A stretch of 63,949 nt of DNA, filler included, from Stramenopiles sp. TOSAG23-3 (taxonomy: Eukaryota), in assembly GCA_900128585.1 (NCBI GenBank). It is 12 parts of 12 records of this genome, joined end to end, with 100 filler letters (N's around TTAATTAATTAA, not from the genome) between each part and the next. Parts side by side here need not be neighbours in the genome. Positions count along the whole stretch, not along the records: positions 1 to 6,653 come from LT643277.1; positions 6,754 to 13,403 come from LT643278.1; 10 more parts are not named here. The stretch is one strand, 5' to 3'. Numbering within the stretch: position 1 is the stretch's first letter; each line of letters starts with the position of its first letter. Shown here one piece after another: positions 1-10,387 of this stretch. The position numbers and the translations under genes were made by a program. The notes beneath the pieces were generated by a model. The model was not told where the DNA came from and searched no databases. It was given only the letters and a program-made list of their open reading frames with translations.

Positions 1-559
1 ACTATTGAAATATACCATCACGCATCCAACACAATTAAACAAATCAAACAAAGACTTCTTTTTTTTTTCTTCTTTCTTCGGATCTTCTCCTCTTCTCAGT
101 TCCTTCATATTTTCTTAAGTGTACTCCTCGTAATTCGCATAGTACCCTTCATAGCATTGAAAAAAGAAAAGGCACAGACGAGGAGGGGGGATGTTTTATT
201 TTTCATCATTTGATCGATATTAAAAGACGACTACGAGGATTATTATATAAAATAAATATAATAAGGAGGAAGAGTCGTCTATAAAAAATATAAAAGGAAG
301 AAGAAAGAAGAGGATGATGATGACTGAGAAAAAAAAAATTTAAAAAGAGGAGGGGAGGAGGGCTTTTTGTGTGTACAGTGTAGTTACATTTAAAAGCACG
401 CGAATTTTCTAGTATATAATAATGAATGAGAAAGAAGAACATTTTCTAATTTGGAACGGCGAGAATTCTAATTTTTCAGATCGATGCAAAAATAAATAGC
501 ATTTCGTTGACTGTGCGTCTGTTTGTGCGTTCGTGTGTGTCTGTGTGTGCGTATAAGAG

Positions 560-1072
560 ATGCAGTTCCAAAACTTTATTGTAATTTTTGTGCTACTTAT
601 CGCGTGTTCCAATGGCTCCGCGGTTGTTGACATAAATTCATTAGCCCAAAGAAAGGGTTCTACCATAATAAAGGTGTTTGACGAATTAGAGAAAGTGGCG
701 AGTGTTCATAAACCATTGGTGGTATATTTTCATTCACCAAGTGATAACAACAAACAGGATTCCTCTTTTGAGGTTATTATTCATTCTCTCTCATCGGAAA
801 CGCACATGTCTCAATACACATTTGCTACCATGGCACTGGACAACAGTGACGCTGTTTTGTTTGATCGCTTCAATATTCGCAAGCTCCCTGCCGTGCACTT
901 TTTTCCTAGTACAAGTGGCGGAACACATGGGAAACGGATTGAGCACAATCCAGGCATTGACCGGATTAAGCAGCATTTGGAAAAATCTTCATTGCTAGGA
1001 AAGGTGATCGGAACCGACGAGGGACATTCACTTTTGAGAGATACCAGAAAGTCTTCGTATTTGTACAAATAG
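560..1072 (+). CDS. Secreted thioredoxin-fold protein, probably redox-inactive (no CxxC)
   Basis: Signal-peptide-like N-terminus; KPLVVYFHSP and FDRFNIRKLPAVHFF match the Trx/PDI beta-strand and cis-Pro loop pattern; the CxxC position reads PSDN. Confidence 0.55.
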   Translation: MQFQNFIVIFVLLIACSNGSAVVDINSLAQRKGSTIIKVFDELEKVASVHKPLVVYFHSPSDNNKQDSSFEVIIHSLSSETHMSQYTFATMALDNSDAVLFDRFNIRKLPAVHFFPSTSGGTHGKRIEHNPGIDRIKQHLEKSSLLGKVIGTDEGHSLLRDTRKSSYLYK

Positions 1073-1230
1073 AATTTTAAATGCCTTGGGGTCCCACGGG
1101 CAAGAAAGAGTGTAGTACACTAAAAGAATTAACTTCTTATTTCCGTAATTTTAAAAAATACTCATACTCCGACCAAAACAATTTTACGAATTTAATACTC
1201 TAAATAACAGCCGCCTATATTTTTGTCTTT

Positions 1231-4200
1231 TCATTGTGCAGCTTTCGAGTACAGAGCGAATAATTCATTGCATTTCTCTTGGGAAACATACGTAGCACAC
1301 CCGCTGAAAGCGACGACAAAATCCCCATTCTCATAGTGACCGTGAACATTGTTCGAATACTCTTTCGGGTACCCATTGAATACCCGCTGTGGAAAGTAAT
1401 GGACGCGCTGAGACAACTCATGTTGGTTCATGAATTCAAACAAGAAGTACATGGAAGCTTGCTCCCACCATGGGTGCCGAACGAACACCATTTCATTTGC
1501 ATCAGAGGTGGTTGGTCCATATACAGCCTTCAAAAGTGTTTCAGACCAATCGCTGTTCGTTCGAACCGCAAAAAAACCAGTATTCAGCATTGTCCCATCT
1601 TTTGACAAAACCAAATCTTTGTGTGCTCCCCCTAGAATTTGATCTGACAATAAAAATCGGAGATCATAGCGTTGTCCATCACTACCAGCTTTGTTCATGA
1701 AAAACGAGTCACAGTCAGTCCACACAACCCAGTCAAATCTGTCTTTCATTTCCATGTACTTCTGGACTATTTTTACTTTCTCCCAAGCTGGGGGGCGATC
1801 TTTCGCATGCGCGACTGTTTCAATAAACAATGGGTATCCAAACGCTTGCGCGTAGTTCACTTTGTTATGCGCAGACAGCATGGTAAGCGGTGTGCGCAAG
1901 GGGTCGTATTGACACAAGGACACAATAGCCACCTTTGAAGAAACCGGTGCGGCGTGCTGATATTTCCAAGCCTTCTCCCATACAACACTTGGGTGAACAC
2001 TTTTGTGCTCCGGAACTGGCAACGCATTTGTTGCACCCAAGTGCATCAAAATTAGCTCGTCGAGGTTAACATTATAATGCTTTGAAGCCTGATCTCCGCC
2101 AATCTCATACACCATAAAAGCACCATAAAAAATAGCGTCGGTAAGTGCTTTCTTCGCCAAAAAAATATCCTCTTTCGGAAGTAATGGAATTTTGGCTTTT
2201 AAAGTTTCAAAATTAATATCACTGTGTATTTTCAGCAGTGTCTGCGCTTCCTCGTAAAAAAGCCTGCCTACCAACCCTAAGGTTATATTGCTGTAGTCTC
2301 CGAGAGTCTGTCGCGCTTCTAAAGCGTACTCGAGACTGTCGCTCCGCTGTCTGTCTTCCCGAGCAAAACGCCCATTCTTGATAAATATGTGCAATTCGCG
2401 AGCCTTGGCATAGACGTAATCCTTGCAAATACCGTCAATGTTCCAAGGGTCTAGCTTGAGCCTCGCTCCAACTAGTTCTATGGCTCTGTCGCGGGTAGCC
2501 GCAATGTGTTGCCGCAATACTTCGCAGTCATCGTTGTGAGAATTAAAGTTATAAATCGAGCAATATTCATCTGCAATTGCTTCTGGGTCGTCTTTTGGGG
2601 CGACTGCAATAGTAATGCTCTTGCCATCAATTGAAAAAGCAAGGGGGACAGTGTTGTCAACGATTACGTTGTATCTAATTTCTCCGGGGCTGCCTTTACT
2701 CAACCGATTTTCCTCGACCTGAACTTGGTTCAACAAATTGGCACAAGACTCATCACCAAACATATTACTTTTACAAAATTCAGAGACTTTTTCGTCAATA
2801 CTTTCATCCTCCAGCACTAAGATTACTTCGGGTTTATTTGCTTCCAAGTCTGCATCATCAAAATGTGAGGTTGGGTCAACTTTCGCTAAATATTTTTTGC
2901 GAATTTCAGGAAGCAATCGTTCGCACATACTGATGCGGACACTCTTGCCCAAGTGCTCACTGCCATAATCACGAATAACTGCCAAATCGTTTTCTGCTAC
3001 ATTGCGATTGTGCACTTTGCTTAGCGCCTTGTTATACGACGCTTCTGCTTCACTGAATCGAGATTTTGCCATATGCAGCTGAGCGATCGAAGACTGGGCT
3101 GTTCCATCACTTGCTTCTTTCACCTGAATGGCCATTTTGAAGGCCTCCGCAGCTTTTCTGTATTTTCCTAATCGCATGCGAACTATTCCCAGACGGGTCA
3201 GTACATTGTACCGTTGAATGCTAACAACAGTGGGCAACATTGACGCCTCATTCAGCACTTTTTCGGCTTCCCTTACCTCTTCTTCTATACTGCTGACTTG
3301 CAACAGGTTTGCCAGATTAGTTAATGGGCGTGCGAGTCCAGGGCTTGCAACATGGGCGTCTCGATACAATTGTTTTGCAGCTTCCATCATTGAATCTCGC
3401 TTAGTAGTATTTACTTCTTTCCCGGCCATCTTTTCTGTCAACAGAGCGAGCGAATTCATAGTCTCGCCATATGTTGGGAGCAAAACCATCGCTGTTCGAA
3501 AGTGGTGTTCTGCCTTGCCCCAGGTAGTGACGTTGTGTGCGTACAATGTTCCAAGACCATGGTGAGCTCTTGGGTTGTTCGGCAGAACAGCAGCTGCTGA
3601 TTGGAACAGGCTGAAAGGCGAACGCCAGTCCTCGTTGCGAAGAAATGTTCGCACAACATAAAACGCAATAAAAAACACCATTGGCGCTCTTCGCTGTACA
3701 AATGAAAGAAAAATTGTTTTTTTATCTGCCAAGCGCTGCGGCGGAACTTCTGTTAGGGGATAAGATTTTTCCAGGCGCTTTAATGCGAAAGCTAGCAAAA
3801 TGCAAAACCCGCTGCTTGGTGTAAATAACACTCTTTCCGCCCACACGAACCCTACAGGGAAAAAGGCATTGCTCGATGGAACGAAAGGAATGACCATCAT
3901 CGCCAACCCCATCATCACCACTAGCCGGTCGTTTAGGCTGTCTCTCGTTAACTCTGTTGCAAAGTACGCGATCGTTATTACAGCAAGAATGACGGGTACC
4001 ATTCGAATATCCATTACTGTCGTTACCAAATGGTTCACGTCCGGCAAGGATGGGTTTCCCATTGCCCAATCAATTGTCAACTCATGTGGAAGTATTAAAA
4101 ACCACAGGTTCATCGCGTTTACGTACGAGTAAGATAGAAACCGGGTGTAATATTTTGAGACGTACTCGTCGTGGTCGTCTGGATTTTCTGGGACGAAAGA

Positions 4201-6468
4201 AGCCACTAGATTCTCACTCGGAGAGAATTTCGGCATCGATTTGTTAATTTTTAATCGCTGCTGCAGGACCATTAACAAAACAAACGTGTTCAGTAGGAGG
4301 CGAGCTGAATATCCCCGTAAAGAAAAGAAAGGGTCGCCCCTCGTGTCACCGTTTTGTTTTGCTGTCTTGTCAAATGCCCGTGCTGGCAAGTTTGCTTCCC
4401 TCCGGTGGAATAGGGCGGCTTGGAGGTACTCAAAGAGTGACTTCACAGTAATGTTTTTCACTGTACCAACATCGGCACACGCTGTTTTCGCTAAATCCGC
4501 ACAAGCCTGCGCATACAAATGGAGAGTGTCATAGACTACAAATAGTCCTACAACTGTGATCCCTTGCTCTTTCGATAGCATTGCACAGACTGCCAGAACC
4601 AGAGACAGGACGTGCATGAGTGTACTCTTGAGAACACTCCCACGCGCGGATGCGCTCCATCCTATCTTTGGCCTGCCGTGGAGTGTGATTCCGTATGTCA
4701 TGGCTGCCGCCTTGATGTACAAAATTAAAGATACGAATACAAAAAAACAGCACAAAAGCTCGCACCGGCCAACTGTGTTTGCGACAGCTTCCGTATGAAT
4801 AGGGTGGGCGATAAACAATATTGTCGCCAGCTGGGGGGTTGAAAGGTGCATGCTTCGGAAAGAATTCCTAGACCCGGACTCCGGACACAGTAAATGGGCC
4901 ACGACACAAAATAGACATGACACGATGCCAAATAGAAAAATATTGAACAAATGCATCGCGGCAGCCGGCAGCCTGTTATCAGCCGCACTGTTTGACGAAA
5001 ACTGGGACGACAGCTGCGCCTGAACCCTAAATGTTAGTGTAGTAATTGGCCGGAAACTTTTGTGGGACCCAGCTAAATGAAGCGGGTGTCCCCAAAAATC
5101 ATGCTTGAAAACGTCGTGAATTGTCGTCTGGCTGTGGCGTGCGACTATTGGGTTGCGAACAATAGCTGGCTCGTCGTCGTAAAGAAATCCAACGTCGTAG
5201 GTGTTCGCATATAAACAGCAAGAAAGGAAAAACGACATCGCTGCTTGAAACATCAGCGTGAAAGAACCTTTCGCCGGTTGCTCGTCCTGACTAAGATGAA
5301 ATTGCCGTAACGCTTCTTCGACGTGGGGAATAGTAGAATTTTCTTTTTTGTTCGTTTGCAGATAGAAGGATTCCCATGTCGACCTGTATCCCCCCCCTTC
5401 TTGTGCAAGCCTCTTCTTTGAGCGCACAGTCAAGCCAATCACTCGACTCTTCTTCGAATCGCTCACAATGACGTACACAGAATCGTTACTAGAGTTCCAA
5501 TCTTTCTTTGAAGTGTACATGCCCACCAATTTATCCTCTGCCTGAATGCCGTTGTCGATTCCAATGGAACGGAGCTTGTTGCTCGGGCTCCCGTTGTTGT
5601 TGGGGACATTTGCGTTGAACAACAGCACCAGTTCCGTGTAATGTTTCAACTGGCATTTTACAATTTTGACCCTAACTATTTCACTGCTGGCCCCTCCTGC
5701 GTAAAATTTTTTCAAATTGCACTCTTTTTTACTGTTCATTTTCTCAATTGATTTGACGATGATATCCTTGATTGTAGTGTTTCGAGGAGCGTTCTCCGTC
5801 CTTTTACTCTTTTTTATAGTAATGCCACTGGCATTCGCTCGCCGGACCATTATCCACTCCCCTAAATCGTCAGGGTTATATCCCTTCACTGCACCCTTCT
5901 TTTCCGAATTCTCTTCCCCGCTTTCAAGACTATCATACAGACCACCTGCAAGGTGCACAAAACCATTTTCAATGTAAGTCTTTGCGGCATACGGCGACCC
6001 TGTACCCAAAATGCAATATTCCCCCAAACTTTCGTGGTCCATCGCTTCCATGCAAAAACGAACCATCCGCTTGGACAGGCCTCTTCTTCGGTGCGCTGGC
6101 AAGGTGAACACATTGTGCAAAGCGCATGCTGTCTTATCCTCTCCATTAAAGACCACGCTTGAGTGCGCGACTATCTTATTCGACGAGCTTCGACTGCCAG
6201 GCAATTGCGAGTTCACTTCTTGGCTACTTAATTCTGACTCGTAAGCAATAAATAAAATAACTCCACCCGCACTGTGGACGCAACGTTCAAAAAAGTCCGG
6301 CCCAAAAGATATTTTGTAGTGGGGCCCATAGCCATCCAGTAGAGCATTAATTTCAGCAGCCAATTTAGAACTGATGGGAGATACAAGCTTTTCAATTATA
6401 TACGTTTTGCTTTCCCCGTCCCGTCCCTCAAATACATACTTCTCCGCCCAAGCACCACGTTTGGGCAT
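1231..6468 (-). CDS. Fusion protein: N-terminal GNAT acetyltransferase, TMTC-type protein O-mannosyltransferase (GT-C, DUF1736), TPR repeats, C-terminal GT34 (GMA12/MNN10-like) glycosyltransferase
   Basis: Single open frame from ATG 6468. GNAT motif A NVFTLPAHRRRGLS. TMTC motifs FLYDDEPAIVRN, HDFWG..SHKSFRPITTLTF, HPIHTEAVANTVGRCELL, AMLSKEQG, AERVLFTPSSG, RNEDW. GT34 motifs NKVNYAQAFGY, RPPAWEKV, WTDCDSFFMN. Confidence 0.85.
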   Translation of the reverse strand: MPKRGAWAEKYVFEGRDGESKTYIIEKLVSPISSKLAAEINALLDGYGPHYKISFGPDFFERCVHSAGGVILFIAYESELSSQEVNSQLPGSRSSSNKIVAHSSVVFNGEDKTACALHNVFTLPAHRRRGLSKRMVRFCMEAMDHESLGEYCILGTGSPYAAKTYIENGFVHLAGGLYDSLESGEENSEKKGAVKGYNPDDLGEWIMVRRANASGITIKKSKRTENAPRNTTIKDIIVKSIEKMNSKKECNLKKFYAGGASSEIVRVKIVKCQLKHYTELVLLFNANVPNNNGSPSNKLRSIGIDNGIQAEDKLVGMYTSKKDWNSSNDSVYVIVSDSKKSRVIGLTVRSKKRLAQEGGGYRSTWESFYLQTNKKENSTIPHVEEALRQFHLSQDEQPAKGSFTLMFQAAMSFFLSCCLYANTYDVGFLYDDEPAIVRNPIVARHSQTTIHDVFKHDFWGHPLHLAGSHKSFRPITTLTFRVQAQLSSQFSSNSAADNRLPAAAMHLFNIFLFGIVSCLFCVVAHLLCPESGSRNSFRSMHLSTPQLATILFIAHPIHTEAVANTVGRCELLCCFFVFVSLILYIKAAAMTYGITLHGRPKIGWSASARGSVLKSTLMHVLSLVLAVCAMLSKEQGITVVGLFVVYDTLHLYAQACADLAKTACADVGTVKNITVKSLFEYLQAALFHRREANLPARAFDKTAKQNGDTRGDPFFSLRGYSARLLLNTFVLLMVLQQRLKINKSMPKFSPSENLVASFVPENPDDHDEYVSKYYTRFLSYSYVNAMNLWFLILPHELTIDWAMGNPSLPDVNHLVTTVMDIRMVPVILAVITIAYFATELTRDSLNDRLVVMMGLAMMVIPFVPSSNAFFPVGFVWAERVLFTPSSGFCILLAFALKRLEKSYPLTEVPPQRLADKKTIFLSFVQRRAPMVFFIAFYVVRTFLRNEDWRSPFSLFQSAAAVLPNNPRAHHGLGTLYAHNVTTWGKAEHHFRTAMVLLPTYGETMNSLALLTEKMAGKEVNTTKRDSMMEAAKQLYRDAHVASPGLARPLTNLANLLQVSSIEEEVREAEKVLNEASMLPTVVSIQRYNVLTRLGIVRMRLGKYRKAAEAFKMAIQVKEASDGTAQSSIAQLHMAKSRFSEAEASYNKALSKVHNRNVAENDLAVIRDYGSEHLGKSVRISMCERLLPEIRKKYLAKVDPTSHFDDADLEANKPEVILVLEDESIDEKVSEFCKSNMFGDESCANLLNQVQVEENRLSKGSPGEIRYNVIVDNTVPLAFSIDGKSITIAVAPKDDPEAIADEYCSIYNFNSHNDDCEVLRQHIAATRDRAIELVGARLKLDPWNIDGICKDYVYAKARELHIFIKNGRFAREDRQRSDSLEYALEARQTLGDYSNITLGLVGRLFYEEAQTLLKIHSDINFETLKAKIPLLPKEDIFLAKKALTDAIFYGAFMVYEIGGDQASKHYNVNLDELILMHLGATNALPVPEHKSVHPSVVWEKAWKYQHAAPVSSKVAIVSLCQYDPLRTPLTMLSAHNKVNYAQAFGYPLFIETVAHAKDRPPAWEKVKIVQKYMEMKDRFDWVVWTDCDSFFMNKAGSDGQRYDLRFLLSDQILGGAHKDLVLSKDGTMLNTGFFAVRTNSDWSETLLKAVYGPTTSDANEMVFVRHPWWEQASMYFLFEFMNQHELSQRVHYFPQRVFNGYPKEYSNNVHGHYENGDFVVAFSGCATYVSQEKCNELFALYSKAAQ

Positions 6469-6653
6469 GATGACGCGCAAGGAAACAAACTGTTGCAAGA
6501 GCAACGTGCAAAAGCTCAGAAGAGACCCGATCGCATATATAGAGAGGAACGGTCAATTATTTCTTTTGTAACAAATGCTTTTCTTTGTAAGTCTATTTGT
6601 TAAACCGCGGCAATATCCTTTATTTGTGATTTTGTTGATTTTCAAACTTTTGT

Positions 6654-6753
6654 NNNNNNNNNNNNNNNNNNNNNNNNNNNNNNNNNNNNNNNNNNNNTTA
6701 ATTAATTAANNNNNNNNNNNNNNNNNNNNNNNNNNNNNNNNNNNNNNNNNNNN
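6654..6753. other. Artificial contig linker (N44-TTAATTAATTAA-N44). The same linker occurs at 13404, 20133, 26859, 33577, 40286, 46991, 53695, 60396, 61581 and 62766
   Basis: 100-bp spacers carrying a six-frame stop oligo; contig lengths fall monotonically (6653, 6650, 6629 ... 1085, 1084). A separate 35-N scaffold gap lies at 7899-7933. Confidence 0.98.
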
Positions 6754-6832
6754 TAAGAATTATGCAAACAGCCAATTTTCTTGCTTTTATGTAAACATTT
6801 TATTGAGAACGCACGCATCTTCAACATGGACC

Positions 6833-7687
6833 CTACCACGACGGTGTGCGCTTCTCAATTAAGGCATCCAATCCTTCCCCTACTGACGTTGCGTAATTAT
6901 GCGCCTGGCAATCTGCTTCGCGCCACAACGATCGTTCAATTTGATCGTCTTGCGCATTTCTCAAACTACGCACGCACATTTGAACGGCGTCTGGGCTCTG
7001 TTTGGCAATACGGCCCGCGAGCGAAAGTGCGTGCTCAAGCGGGTCGTCCGCGAGCAAAGCCAGTCCCAAATCGCTGGCCTCTTGACCTGAGATAACGTCA
7101 CCCGTCAACAGCAAACGAGCTGCCGTTTGATGGCCGACAAGGCGAGGCAAATAGTGCGTGGCTGCCATTCCAGGGTGAAGGCCAAGGCCGACGAACGTTA
7201 GCCCGAGCTTGCATTTTGGGTGAGTGACCCGGATATCGGTGGCCAGAGCAACGCAGAAGCCTGCCCCAATGGCCGGGCCGTTCAACGCAGAAATGACCGG
7301 AATAGGCAAGTTTCGCAGCGAGAGAAAACGACGATAAAATGCCCTCATTATTTTGGTATTGTTGTACGGCGTGTCGTTCGTCCTGTCCCTCAAGAACTGC
7401 AAATCCCCCCCGGCTGAAAACGCCGTGCCAGCCCCGGTCAATACGCAAGCTTTTAAAGTGTCATCTGTAGCAAGGTCTTTCATTGTTTCCTCAAACGCCT
7501 CCCCCATGAGAACAGTCATTGGGTTCAACTTTGCCTCATTCGACAGCGTAACCACGCACACACCATTCTCTTGTTTGTCTACGACTACCGGGCCATCAGC
7601 CCGCGAAGAGAACAACCGGGCAAACGACGGAGTACCTTTTCGCGCAACAACGCTACGGGTCGTTCGTCCAACCCAACTTGAAATCAT
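6833..7687 (-). CDS. Enoyl-CoA hydratase/isomerase (crotonase) family protein with a probable mitochondrial presequence
   Basis: AFSAGGDL, PVISALNGPAIGAG, DIRV, LGLHPGM; Arg/Ser-rich N-terminus free of acidic residues (…FARLFSS). Confidence 0.9.
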   Translation of the reverse strand: MISSWVGRTTRSVVARKGTPSFARLFSSRADGPVVVDKQENGVCVVTLSNEAKLNPMTVLMGEAFEETMKDLATDDTLKACVLTGAGTAFSAGGDLQFLRDRTNDTPYNNTKIMRAFYRRFLSLRNLPIPVISALNGPAIGAGFCVALATDIRVTHPKCKLGLTFVGLGLHPGMAATHYLPRLVGHQTAARLLLTGDVISGQEASDLGLALLADDPLEHALSLAGRIAKQSPDAVQMCVRSLRNAQDDQIERSLWREADCQAHNYATSVGEGLDALIEKRTPSW

Positions 7688-8293
7688 ACTTCAATAATAA
7701 TGTTCTGCGTATCTTTCAAAGACTTCAAAATATTCCCACCGATGCAGTACAAGCAATAACTCTCACCCGGTTCCAGTCGTTGGTTTTTACACTGATAAAC
7801 ACAACCTTGCAAATGCTTAAATTTCTATTTATCTTTTCACCAAACATAAAAAGTTGTTTTGAAGAAGTGAGAATCCTTTTTTTTAATTTTATATTTATNN
7901 NNNNNNNNNNNNNNNNNNNNNNNNNNNNNNNNNTAGTCTAAAGAAGTAATAAAGATATTTTATTTTTTATTCCAAAAAAGTGTAAGAGAATGTACGTACA
8001 ATAGAGACGACTACGGTAGTACCGTACCAACCATCATCAGTTTCAATTTCGCGCGTCTGATTGTTGATAGGGTTTGAGACTACGACGATAAATTGATAGG
8101 GGTACACCTTTTCTTCAATTTTGGTGCGGCGTGTTTTTTTCATTGTGTTGATTCTTGTCGGTCCCGTACCCGTACGGTACCGTACGAGGAAAGTGAACAT
8201 TGAAAGAAAATGAGGTACAAGATATAGATTTTTTGTTGTGAAAATAGGGTTTTATTTTCACCACTTCCCCCTGTCCAGGCATCTCTTAACGCA

Positions 8294-9746
8294 CTATGTT
8301 TCATTTAGGGTTTCCATTTTATTTTTATTCCAAGAATTGAGTCCTTTCGAAATTTCAAACCCCAAGTCATTTATGGGGTTCGCAATTGTCGTCCTTCGGG
8401 CCTCCCTCTGAACTAGCTCGATCATTTGTTCTGTGGTCTTGGACTGAACGTCTTTGAAAGAAACTGCCAAACTACCAGTCCTTGCAGTCCTTTCATATTT
8501 CATTGCAGTGTAGTATTTTGACAAAGGCATGGCTTTCAGCATAATTGTCTCGACTAATAATGTAACCATTGAAAGTAAGCCCAGTGCTGACGTCAAGCAT
8601 ACAAGTACTGATTGTGGATTGAAATGATGTTCATATCCCTGGACATCTGGAATAATGGCTATACCATGCTTTACGGTAAGTATCCTTTTTTTTCCCTTTA
8701 TAATTTCTTCATTGTAGTGATGACTGTTTTCTGGACCTTTGAATATTTCAATATTATAATAATACGATAAGTTGCCTATCCCAAATACCGCATGTTTATC
8801 TATATCAGTGTACACGATGTGCACATTTAGGGTCAAGCCGTGACCCCGAAAAGGGATTTCTTCCCCCGTGTGCGTTGCTCCAGTTACCTTATCATCAAGC
8901 AGGTGCACTTCCGCGGATGTCAATCCTGCAAGAAGTAATGTTCGGACTTCATACACATCATAACCACATTCTTTCTCGCGACAAGTGGCGTCGGTGCAAC
9001 GATGGCAATCATGTGTTCTTTCCGGCTCCACTTTACAATAAAACACATCCTCCCCTTTTTGGTCTTTGTAAATTTTATCTGAATTTTCCCCATACAACTG
9101 GACACATTGTTCCCTATTTTTCGACTTCAAATGCCCCGATTCAATATGCTCTGATGTCAATTCTGGCCTTTCATTTGTGGCATGCTGAATCAAAAGGGTA
9201 TATCTCTCAACATCTGTGATATAAAATTCGCGGTTATATTCAGTTGGTTTTTCAGAGTGCGGAACGTCTAACCAAAGGTTACCATAAGCGCCGTCGGCTG
9301 TTAGCGGGTTGATATAGCTACCCGACTCGCTCAGGTTAGAGTTGAACTCCTGATATTTATACTCAATTTGAGTTGCCATGAACAGTGTTGATGCATACTC
9401 TGTGATAACATTGTTTGCGTCGACCCATATGCAATCTTTCTTGTCATGCGCATATGGTAACGTCGAAAGTTTGCAATATGGTAAGTCTGAAGAATTTGTG
9501 AAATCGTCGTAACATTCCTCTTTTCCACACAGCGGGCTTTCTTTTCCGCCGTAGCAGTGACAATGTTTTTCTCCTTTGTCGTTTCGTGTCGGGTTCGTCT
9601 GCCCACCCCCTCTTCAAATACAGTTGGTAAACAACAACCCACACAAAACAAGAAAAGAGAAGCGCGAAGCGCAGGAGGCCAAGGCGCCTGTCACGTATTA
9701 CAACCAGTCGGGTAGTTGTGTATGCGAAAAGGTCGTCACACTTCAT
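8294..9746 (-). CDS. P2X receptor-like trimeric ion channel, with a frameshift near 9605 (pseudogene or assembly error)
   Basis: N-terminal FAYTTTRLVVIRDRRLGLLR (YxTxK/R motif) plus TM1 in one frame. A second stop-free frame from ~9613 to 8294 gives a Cys-rich ectodomain, RILTVKHGI, TM2 (LTSALGLLSMVTLLVE) and a YxxxK motif. Confidence 0.75.
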
Positions 9747-10113
9747 ACTTTATTAAAACTAAGCTTCGTCAATTAATGCCCGTTCGGCACTCTGATTAAC
9801 ATCGCGTTAGTAAAAATTAGGTTATCATGGATTTCATTTCATTAGTACATATTTTGCATTGTTGAAGGCAACTTTATCTAGCGACTGTAGGTTACGCGTC
9901 GTGTGGTCTTTTTAAACTGACTATATTAATAATTAATTACAACAACAAAACGGAGAAGAGAATATACGGCCACGTGGACACCACGCAGAAAGTAAAAAAA
10001 CGTGATGATATTACATACAGTTCGTTGTTTAAATTATAATTTTAACGATTTTATTTTCACAATAACAATTTATAAAGGGTATTTTATATTACAAATATAA
10101 TACTGTAGACGAC

Positions 10114-10198
10114 TACAGTTCTTGACCGCACTTCCTAGACTACACTTCCTAGGCGTCCTCGTAGTCTAGGAAGTGCGGTCAATGAGTCAAGAACTGTA
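10114..10198. repeat. GC-rich foldback: perfect 22-bp stem with 17-nt loop, plus an outer 13-bp pairing
   Basis: 10122-10143 TTGACCGCACTTCCTAGACTAC is the reverse complement of 10161-10182; 10114-10126 pairs with 10186-10198. Confidence 0.9.
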
Positions 10199-10387
10199 AT
10201 GGAATTTTCAAATAAACATATGTTGAAAATTCAAAAAAAGGTGTATTATTGTATTATAACTAGAACGACTAGACTACAGTAGTAAATATTGTATTAATAC
10301 TTAATTCCATTTTAATGGCACTGTACTTTTTAAGTCCGATTTTGGGTCCAGAAGCTAATAATGGGGTGGACTTATTATTTTTTTAAC

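Noticed and set aside
6698-6709. TTAATTAATTAA recurring about every 6.7 kb
   Set aside because: Synthetic six-frame-stop linker inside N runs; the periodicity reflects length-sorted contigs
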